DNA of 64,000 bases from an uncultured Phycisphaerales bacterium (lineage in GTDB: Bacteria; Planctomycetota; Phycisphaerae; Tepidisphaerales; Tepidisphaeraceae). Below the pieces are notes generated by a model. The model was not told the origin of the DNA. It made no database searches and saw nothing but the letters and a program-made list of their open reading frames with translations. Position numbers and translations under genes: made by a program. Numbering within the stretch: position 1 is the stretch's first letter; each line of letters starts with the position of its first letter. This document shows, piece after piece, positions 55,379 through 64,000 of this stretch. The stretch lies in NCBI GenBank assembly GCA_963755915.1, contig CAVWLP010000002.1:2688001-2752000 (forward strand). Reading direction: 5' to 3'.

Positions 55379-56422
55379 ATGTCGATTAGCACAGTCGCCA
55401 AGCTCGCGGGTGTTTCCACCTCCACAGTTTCACGCGTCATTAATAACCACCCCCGCGTCGCCCCCGAAACTGAACGCTCTGTCCGCAAGGCGATGCAAGA
55501 GCTCGGCTACACCCCCTCCGACCGCCGGCCTGGTCCAAAATCCGCAGGACGACTAAAGACGGAAAAAAAACGGGCCGCGTTCCTGGTCCTCGGCGCCTCC
55601 GGCCAGCAGGCCACTCCCGCTTTTGCAGGCCTTCTTCGCGGTGTTTCCCTTGGTGGCGCCGACAACGGAATGGACATCGCCTTCCACTTTGTCCCTGACC
55701 CCGACGAAATTTCTTCCTGGATTCTCGACCAGCGAATCGACGGCCTGCTCCTCCACGGCACCCGCCCCAGCGGTGAAATCGAACGCCGACTCCGCAAAAT
55801 TCCCACCGTCTGGCTCATGGGAAACCGCCGCCGGCCCGACTGGGGCGACCAGGTCATGCCCGACAGCTACGAAATCGGACACCTTGCCGCGGAATACCTC
55901 GTTTCCCACGGCCACCAGCGGCTGGCATTTTTGAACCTCGACGCGGGCTTCTGGCCCTTCCGTCTCTATTGCCAGAGCTTTTCCGCCGCCGCCGCGGACA
56001 AATCCGTCTCCGTCGTTACCGTTGAGCAACCGCTCGAGCAATCTCCCGACTATTGGCACCGCCACAGCCAGCGCGTGGTGTCAGACCTGGTCGAGCGTTT
56101 CATGGCAATTTCCCCGCGTCCCACGGGAATTTTTGTTGCCGACGACATGCAGGTCGCCGTCCTTCAGCCCGCGCTTCAGTCCGCCGGGATCCAGATCGGC
56201 CCCGGCCAGACGCAAATCATTTCCTGCAACAACGAAGCCCCGTTCCGCGTCGGCCTTTCCCCGAAGCCCGCGGCAATAGATATCCGGGTCGAATCGGTTG
56301 GCCGCCGCGGCGTAGAACAACTCCTATGGCGCATGACCCACCTGCACCTCCAGGAACGCCTGATCTGCGCCGTAGAGCCGATGATCGTCGATTTCGACGC
56401 GCCGCAGCCGCAACCCACATGA
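55379..56422 (+). CDS. LacI-family transcriptional regulator 1
   Basis: SISTVAKLAGVSTSTVSRVIN HTH plus sugar-binding domain (PTGIFVADD, ISCNN). Confidence 0.95.
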   Translation: MSISTVAKLAGVSTSTVSRVINNHPRVAPETERSVRKAMQELGYTPSDRRPGPKSAGRLKTEKKRAAFLVLGASGQQATPAFAGLLRGVSLGGADNGMDIAFHFVPDPDEISSWILDQRIDGLLLHGTRPSGEIERRLRKIPTVWLMGNRRRPDWGDQVMPDSYEIGHLAAEYLVSHGHQRLAFLNLDAGFWPFRLYCQSFSAAAADKSVSVVTVEQPLEQSPDYWHRHSQRVVSDLVERFMAISPRPTGIFVADDMQVAVLQPALQSAGIQIGPGQTQIISCNNEAPFRVGLSPKPAAIDIRVESVGRRGVEQLLWRMTHLHLQERLICAVEPMIVDFDAPQPQPT

Positions 56423-56438
56423 TCCCAAAGTGCCGCCG

Positions 56439-56463
56439 GACTTCGGCGAGCTCGGTCGAGCCG
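56439..56463 (-). repeat. REP-like short palindromic repeat, copy 3
   Basis: Reverse complement CGGCTCGACCGAGCTCGCCGAAGTC matches the copies at 1041 and 7887. Confidence 0.7.
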
Positions 56464-56496
56464 TGCCCCACCGGCGAATTTTCCCCAGCGAATTCC

Positions 56497-56556
56497 CCTT
56501 TCACACATTTTCCCACTTTTTCACACTTTTCAAACCTTTCGCACCTTTCACACCTT
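56497..56556. repeat. Degenerate 9-bp tandem repeat (CTTTCACAC-like, ~6 units)
   Basis: cctttcacacattttcccactttttcacacttttcaaacctttcgcacctttcacacct. Confidence 0.7.
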
Positions 56557-56676
56557 CTTGCCCCCACCCCTTCCGCGCGGTAATTTCCCCCTCTTACCAC
56601 CAATATTTGCCACGAAAATAGTGGAAATTGCAAAGCCTTCGTGCGATAATGCCCCCGCACCTATTCGGAGCCCAAA

Positions 56677-57732
56677 ATGTCCCTGAATCGAGTCGCGGAA
56701 ATGGCTGGCGTATCCGCCTCCACCGTGTCGCGCGTCGTCAACGACCAGCAAGGCGTCGCGCCCCAAACCGCAGAGGCCGTTCGCGAGGCCATGCGAAAAA
56801 TCTCCTTCTCTCCACCCGCACGCCGAAGGGCACGCAAATCCACCAACGGACACGGCGAGCAAGCCAAGACCGTCGCCTTCCTCATCTTCGGAACCAGCGG
56901 CGAGCAAACCGCCCCCGCATTCACCAGCCTTCTCCGCGGCGTCTCCATCGCCGCCCGCGAAAATAATTTCGACCTCTTCGTCAGCTTCGTCTCCAACCCC
57001 GATGAGCTCCCGCGCCGAATCTCCGAGCAGCGCGTCGGCGGGCTCCTCCTCCACGGCGAGCAGCCCAGCGAATCCGTCCAGTCCCAGCTCCGCGGCCTGC
57101 CCACCGTCTGGCTCATGGCCAACCGCTTTCCACCGCGCTGGGGCGACCAGGTCATGCCCGACAACTCTTCGATCGGCCGCCTCGCCGCGGAATACCTGCA
57201 CGCCCACGGCTGCAAATCCGCGGCTTATCTCAGCGCCGCCCCGCGGTCCTGGGGCCTGCAGGTGCGCGAGCTCGCCTTCTGCCAATACATGGCCGACATC
57301 GGCGGACACGTCCACGTCCTTCGCGCCGCCGTCGAATCTCCCCCCGACTTCTGGCAATTCGACGGCTCTGCCGCCCGCGCCCTGACCGAGCAATTCATCC
57401 GGCTTGACCCCCGCCCGCAGGGCCTCTTTCTCGCCGAAGACCGCTACGCCCCGACGGTCTACACAACTCTTGCCGCCAGCGGCATCGCCCTGAACAACAA
57501 CGGCGGCTCCCCCAATAACAGCTCATCCGGCGAAAACGCCGTCCGCGTCATCTCCTGCAACAACGAAATGCCCTACCTTGATCGCCTTCACCCCACGCCC
57601 GCGACCCTGGACATCCGCGCCGAAAGCATCGGCCGCCGCGGCGTCGAACAGCTCATCTGTGCGCTGGAACATCTCACGACCGTGGAGCGTATCCGTAAGA
57701 TGGTCGAGCCCATTCTCGTGGAACCTCAGTAG
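56677..57732 (+). CDS. LacI-family transcriptional regulator 2 (paralog of regulator 1)
   Basis: SLNRVAEMAGVSASTVSRVVN; shares PTVWLM, WGDQVMPD, ISCNNE, GRRGVEQL with regulator 1. Confidence 0.95.
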   Translation: MSLNRVAEMAGVSASTVSRVVNDQQGVAPQTAEAVREAMRKISFSPPARRRARKSTNGHGEQAKTVAFLIFGTSGEQTAPAFTSLLRGVSIAARENNFDLFVSFVSNPDELPRRISEQRVGGLLLHGEQPSESVQSQLRGLPTVWLMANRFPPRWGDQVMPDNSSIGRLAAEYLHAHGCKSAAYLSAAPRSWGLQVRELAFCQYMADIGGHVHVLRAAVESPPDFWQFDGSAARALTEQFIRLDPRPQGLFLAEDRYAPTVYTTLAASGIALNNNGGSPNNSSSGENAVRVISCNNEMPYLDRLHPTPATLDIRAESIGRRGVEQLICALEHLTTVERIRKMVEPILVEPQ

Positions 57733-57747
57733 CGAAGCATATTTCCG

Positions 57748-57804
57748 TTTGCCTATTGCCTATTGAATGCCCAAATAGGCAATAGCAAATGGGCAATAGG
57801 CAAT
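57748..57804. repeat. Inverted heptamer repeat (TTGCCTA/TAGGCAA), possible terminator
   Basis: ttgcctattgcctattg ... aataggcaatagcaaatgggcaataggcaa right after the LacI-2 stop. Confidence 0.65.
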
Positions 57805-58160
57805 CACCGACGAATTCTGGTAATTGCAGAAAGCCGCTCCGCGAACTATCACCCAAAAGTATGCGGTAATTATCCACAAATCTGAAATCTGAAATCTCAA
57901 ATCGTTATTAAATAGCATCTTGTATTAAATGCATTCTCCCACGCCTGTGGTAATTCCCATGAAAATAAATTGCGTTAATCATGCCGAATTCTATTGCAAG
58001 TTTGGCCATATCCGGTGTAATATGGGATGAGTTGGTGGCCCAAAGCGTTCGGCGGCGCGGGCCGTCCCATTCCGGAGGCAGCGACATGTCATCCCGCACG
58101 AGTCTGTTCCGCCCCGGATCGAGTTGCTCAGCGCCGGACGCGAATGTTCAGGAGAGCCCC

Positions 58161-59240
58161 ATGCTTCGTCGCAAAGCGTTTACACTCGTAGAATTACTCG
58201 TTGTCATTGGCATTATCGCGATTTTGATTGGGATTCTCCTTCCGGCGCTTCAGAAGGCCCGCGCCCAGGCGCGACTCGTTCAGTGTGCTGCCAACGAACG
58301 CATGATCGGCCAGGCGATGATTAACTACGCCTCCGATAACCAAGGCTATCTACCCGAGCACGCTTATTCGGACATCCCTTATCGAGGACTCGAAGGCGCT
58401 ACCGACGTGATGCAGGATGGAATTGATGACTATAACTACCTAGTACAAGACGGGAACGGACAAAGCCATGGCCTTAACCTCGCCGTTGGCGGCATTCAGG
58501 ATACCGGCGCGAATATCGGCCGGCTCATCATGTGCGGTTACCTGGGACATTATGATCTTTCGCCGGCCAACGGCCCCAACAATATTGGAATTACGTCCTT
58601 TGCCCCCTTTCGCTGGTGCCCTGCGCAGGACCAATTCTCCCAAGAGGCAGGCCTGCAATCCTCTTATTATATGAATCCACATTGGTCGTATACCCGCGCA
58701 TCCAATCCCAGTCCGCCCTCTAGCCCAAACCAGCCCAATCCGGGCCAACCAAACATTGTCTACACGGACACCACTGGGACCGCAGTTCACGCTGCGTGGT
58801 TTCGCAAGATTTCTGATTACCCGCCCCAACTAGCCATGCTGACAGAAATATACTTCTATCCCTATAAATACGGCGGCTCCAGCACCATCACCCATCCCGG
58901 CCCTGGCGGGACCTCTTATTGGAACATTCTGCTGCCCGATGGCCATGTTGCGACGGTCAATGACAAATGGTTAATCCAAAAGTTCAACACGTCCGCAGCC
59001 AGCTTATCGAACCAAATAAACAGCGGCATAGGCAACCAGCTGACCGATTTCGACGACGCCCTCGACATACTTGAGACGGAAGCCGACGGCCGCGTCCCAT
59101 GCAATGGCTCCAAATCCTCCATGGCACTGCCGGGATATGCGCCCGCCTCTTTTGCTACGCCGTGGTACAACCGTTGCGTCCGTTACCCCAGCGAAAATGT
59201 TGGATCAAGCTACATTGGTCCTACGACCTGGCAATATTAA
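58161..59240 (+). CDS. Prepilin-type N-terminal methylation / DUF1559-like protein
   Basis: [40 protein letters not shown]-terminal H...[17 protein letters not shown]. Confidence 0.92.
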   Translation: MLRRKAFTLVELLVVIGIIAILIGILLPALQKARAQARLVQCAANERMIGQAMINYASDNQGYLPEHAYSDIPYRGLEGATDVMQDGIDDYNYLVQDGNGQSHGLNLAVGGIQDTGANIGRLIMCGYLGHYDLSPANGPNNIGITSFAPFRWCPAQDQFSQEAGLQSSYYMNPHWSYTRASNPSPPSSPNQPNPGQPNIVYTDTTGTAVHAAWFRKISDYPPQLAMLTEIYFYPYKYGGSSTITHPGPGGTSYWNILLPDGHVATVNDKWLIQKFNTSAASLSNQINSGIGNQLTDFDDALDILETEADGRVPCNGSKSSMALPGYAPASFATPWYNRCVRYPSENVGSSYIGPTTWQY

Positions 59241-59357
59241 TCCGCCGGGCATCGCTATAGCACGGGGTGGAACCGGGACCGGGGCGACGGGGGGTTGGAC
59301 GGTAAGGGCTCGCGTCGCTCTTTATTCTCTTGTATCGATCCCCCTGCCCCTGATTTT

Positions 59358-60497
59358 TCACGCCGCCTGCGGCGGCTCAAATACCTTGATGCAATTCCGC
59401 GTGCTGTTCTTCGCCGCGTACAACGCCTGGTCGGCCGCACCCAGCAGGGCTGAAAGCGTCAGAATATTCCCCGGCTTGCTCCGCTCCGCGACGCCGATGC
59501 TCAGCGTGGGTGGCTTGTCCAGATTCGTAATTGCGTGCGAAAAATCCACCGACAAAAACGCCTGCCGCAGCTTCTGCACCACCTGCTGCGCCTGATACAG
59601 CGGCGTCTGCGGCAGCGCGATCACAAACTCGTCCCCGCCATACCGAAACGCCAGGTCCGTCTTCCGTAGCGTGATCCGCACGCAATCGGCAAACGACCGC
59701 AGCATATGATCTCCGGCCGCGTGGCCGTGCACGTCGTTGATCTCCTTGAAATGATCGAGGTCGATCATCACCAGCGACAGGGCATGGTTGTGCCGTTCGC
59801 ACAGGGCGACTTCGCGCTGAAGAAGCTGTTCCATCGATCGCCGGTTAAACAGCCCGGTGAGCGCATCGGTCATCGACTGCTTCTCCGCCTCCGCCAGCAG
59901 ATGCAGCGTCGTCAGCACCGAGTGCGCGCTGTTCACATAAGTCTGCGCCAGTTGCCTGCGGCTCTCCGTCCACTCGCCCCCCGGCGGCAGGAGCATGTGA
60001 ACCACCGACTGCATCTTGCGCCCGATTGTGAACGGAATGCAATACGCCGGATGCGACGCCGGCAGCTTCAGGCACGCATCGATGGCGCACCGAACCGGCG
60101 ACCCCTCCGGCCTGAACGTGCGAGGCAGATTCTGCCGCAAGCACGGGCACGTCGTCGCATCCAGCTCTGTGCCGGATGGAATGGTCACGAGGTCCGCGGG
60201 CCACGCCGCGCGCACTTCAATCGAAGGGGTCGCCTCCGGCTCGCTCGTCAGTATCGCTAATCCCGAAAGCCCCAGCTCGGTGCGAAGGAAATGGCTCAGC
60301 GTAGCAAAAACCTGTTCCGGCTTGCCGGTCCCCTGAATGGTCTGCGAGAAATCCAGCAGCCGATCGACGGTTGCCGTGCGCTCCACCAGCACTGCGTGGG
60401 AAGACTTATGCCCGCGCCCCGGTCGTGTGGCGTAGATGGCAAAGGCCAGAATGGCAGCGGCCAGCAACTGCGTCGCAATCAACCACATAACCGCCAC
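59358..60497 (-). CDS. Membrane-anchored diguanylate cyclase with GAF-like domain
   Basis: N-terminal TM, TDALTGLFNRR, IDLDHFK.IND.HGH..GD, RKTD I-site, RYGGDEF. Confidence 0.93.
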   Translation of the reverse strand: MAVMWLIATQLLAAAILAFAIYATRPGRGHKSSHAVLVERTATVDRLLDFSQTIQGTGKPEQVFATLSHFLRTELGLSGLAILTSEPEATPSIEVRAAWPADLVTIPSGTELDATTCPCLRQNLPRTFRPEGSPVRCAIDACLKLPASHPAYCIPFTIGRKMQSVVHMLLPPGGEWTESRRQLAQTYVNSAHSVLTTLHLLAEAEKQSMTDALTGLFNRRSMEQLLQREVALCERHNHALSLVMIDLDHFKEINDVHGHAAGDHMLRSFADCVRITLRKTDLAFRYGGDEFVIALPQTPLYQAQQVVQKLRQAFLSVDFSHAITNLDKPPTLSIGVAERSKPGNILTLSALLGAADQALYAAKNSTRNCIKVFEPPQAA

Positions 60498-60682
60498 CTG
60501 TCGTGGCGCGGATCGGCGTAATCCGCATATTCGTCAAAATCGGTATCGGTTGATTCCCCGAATCACTCAATATCCCCGTAATTGCGCAGTATTGGCTATT
60601 CCAGCGTCCGATTCACTCGGCATTTATCCGTAGGCATTCGGCATTTCCTTGACTCCGAAAAACCATTGCGTACATTGTAGTC

Positions 60683-62314
<1,632 letters not shown>

Positions 62315-62425
62315 ATTTCATTTGCCGCCACAGATGAAAATCAGATGCACCCAGATAAGAAAATGACCGATACATTCTTATCGGAACGCATCGGCGTTTC
62401 GACCTGTCGCCAATAAATCTGAATC

Positions 62426-63103
62426 ATGCGATACAAATCCATTCTTCTCTTCGGCGCACCGGGCAGCGGCAAGGGGACGCAGGGGAAAATTATCGGCACC
62501 ATCCCCGGCTTTTATCACAGCGCCACCGGCGACATCTTCCGCTCCCTCGATCTCCAGAGCGAAATGGGGCGGCTCTTCTGGGAATATGCGGGCAAGGGCA
62601 AGCTGGTTCCGGATGAAGTCACCATCAAGCTCTGGAAGCAATACATCAAGGGGATGGAGATGATCAACCAGTTCCATCCGCAGAACGAAATCCTCGTGCT
62701 GGACGGCATCCCGAGAAACGTCAGGCAGGCCGAGCTTCTCGACGAGACCATCGAAGTCGCGAAAGTGATCCACCTGGTCTGCCTCGATAATGCGAAGATG
62801 GTGGAGCGATTGCGCCGCCGGGCCTTGCGCGAAAACCGGTTCGACGATGCGAGCGACGAAGTCATCAAGCGGCGGCTGGATGTGTATGAGCGCGAAACCC
62901 GGCCGGTGCTGAGCTATTATCCGCCGGATCGCGTCGTCCGCGTCGAGGCGACGATGTCGCAGATTCGCGTGCTGAGCCAACTGGTCGAGTTCCTCGTCCC
63001 TCTAAAGGAGCAGCACGACCAGGAGCGCGATCAGGCGCAGCCGGAGCCCCAGCGTCAAGCACAATCCTCCGGCGCCAAACCGCAGACTGCGAGCAAATCG
63101 TAG
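62426..63103 (+). CDS. adk: Adenylate kinase family nucleoside monophosphate kinase (short LID)
   Basis: GAPGSGKGTQ, TGDIFR, GKLVPD, LDGIPRN..QA, R.DD. Confidence 0.85.
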   Translation: MRYKSILLFGAPGSGKGTQGKIIGTIPGFYHSATGDIFRSLDLQSEMGRLFWEYAGKGKLVPDEVTIKLWKQYIKGMEMINQFHPQNEILVLDGIPRNVRQAELLDETIEVAKVIHLVCLDNAKMVERLRRRALRENRFDDASDEVIKRRLDVYERETRPVLSYYPPDRVVRVEATMSQIRVLSQLVEFLVPLKEQHDQERDQAQPEPQRQAQSSGAKPQTASKS

Positions 63104-63155
63104 GCCTGGCGCCTGCGACCTCCCGCGCGGGCGATTTGAGTTATCATATCTTTGA

Positions 63156-63497
63156 ATGTTTCGACACTGGCGCATCGCGGTGGCGGTCTTGTGCAGTGTC
63201 ATCTTCCTCGCAACCCTCTCTCTCTTGATTTACAGCTATTTCCTCCCCGGCGGCTTACAGGAAATGTCGGGCAGCCGCGTCGTCTTCATTGGCTGCAATA
63301 GCGGACAGATTAAATACTCCTCGCAGCGGTTTTCTAGTGCCATCTGGCCGGCAAGTACGTCCTGGGGTCTCTACAACGACTTACCCCGTCCGATCAGATT
63401 TAACCTCTGGGCGCACTTTTCGGACTTTCCTGGTCGCACGGAACAGCCCTTATCGGCTCAGGCGCCGCCGGTAAGACGATCAAGGTCACTTTCCTAG
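63156..63497 (+). CDS. Hypothetical membrane protein, 3' end uncertain
   Basis: N-terminal TM helix, similar in style to the 20444-20968 protein; the region looks indel-rich. Confidence 0.4.
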   Translation: MFRHWRIAVAVLCSVIFLATLSLLIYSYFLPGGLQEMSGSRVVFIGCNSGQIKYSSQRFSSAIWPASTSWGLYNDLPRPIRFNLWAHFSDFPGRTEQPLSAQAPPVRRSRSLS

Positions 63498-63610
63498 GAA
63501 TTCGATTTCCGATGTGGCCTTTGCTCGCTCTCTCGTCTCCTTTTCCCATCTGGGTCTATTTCCGGGGCCGGCGCACTGTCCGCTGGTCGATGCGCGATGA
63601 CATCGCCTGG

Positions 63611-64000
63611 ATGAACTTTCGCCTGCGAAGAAAGCTGCGGCGATTTGCGATCTTCTCCGCCGCCGGCGCGATCGCGGGTGGGGGGCTGGGGTGGTTCGAT
63701 TACCAATTCCAGCTTTGGCAGACTCCGGCGGAATGGTCGCTCACCCTGCTGATTTTGTTGCCCATCGTGAATTTCCTGGTGATCCTCACTCGGCGGCGGA
63801 TTCCCTGGCGCCGGGGGGTGGTCTGGATGTCGCTGGAAATCTCCGGCTTCGTCTGCTTCTTTATCGCGACGTTGCAGGAAGCCTGGCGAATCCTGGGCGG
63901 CCGCACTGTCCCCGAGGTCAATCTCGGTCCCGGTGCGCTGCTCATGGGCGCCGTTGGATTCCTCATCAGCGCAATCATTCTGTTGCTGCTGCAACTGAGG
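63611..64000 (+). CDS. Probable membrane protein, multiply frameshifted and running off the window
   Basis: Hydrophobic peptide stretches (LILLPIVNFLVIL, ISGFVCFFIATL, GAVGFLISAIILLLL) in alternating plus frames. Confidence 0.3.
   Translation, partial: MNFRLRRKLRRFAIFSAAGAIAGGGLGWFDYQFQLWQTPAEWSLTLLILLPIVNFLVILTRRRIPWRRGVVWMSLEISGFVCFFIATLQEAWRILGGRTVPEVNLGPGALLMGAVGFLISAIILLLLQLR

Noticed and set aside
58022-58095. Riboswitch-like alternative helices upstream of the DUF1559 gene
   Set aside because: No match to a known aptamer; a likely promoter (TTGCAA 57994 / TAATAT 58018) would start transcription after the 5' arm

Overview
High-GC bacterial chromosomal window, most likely a Planctomycetota member (Phycisphaerae/Tepidisphaerales-like). 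This is inferred from a DUF1559 prepilin-like gene, a C-terminally extended ECF sigma factor, a CxxCGYDLRATPxRCPECG zinc-ribbon protein and a PEP-CTERM/dockerin-like surface protein. About 14 genes, including enolase, carry single-base frameshifts, best explained as long-read assembly errors. The left part holds housekeeping genes (eno, CCA-adding enzyme, rdgB, USP), an FtsB/DivIC-like gene directly after eno, a SPOR-like lipoprotein and an arginine-to-putrescine route (pdaD, aguA, aguB). The middle holds two IS4-family elements, apparently nested, whose transposases read as one frame, plus a GH28, an extended ECF sigma factor and an oxidoreductase/EmrAB cluster. The right part holds a SusCD-free pectin/rhamnogalacturonan-type locus: DUF6807, AraC, GH2, a ~2000-aa PEP-CTERM protein, a GH28-GH106 fusion, two hinge-less LacI paralogs with a candidate GGWAATT operator, and a DUF1559 pilin-like gene. 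A diguanylate cyclase, a NifA-like activator and an adenylate kinase follow. Several palindromic intergenic repeat types and an apparent G/C strand-skew switch are also visible. No rRNA, tRNA or CRISPR array was found.
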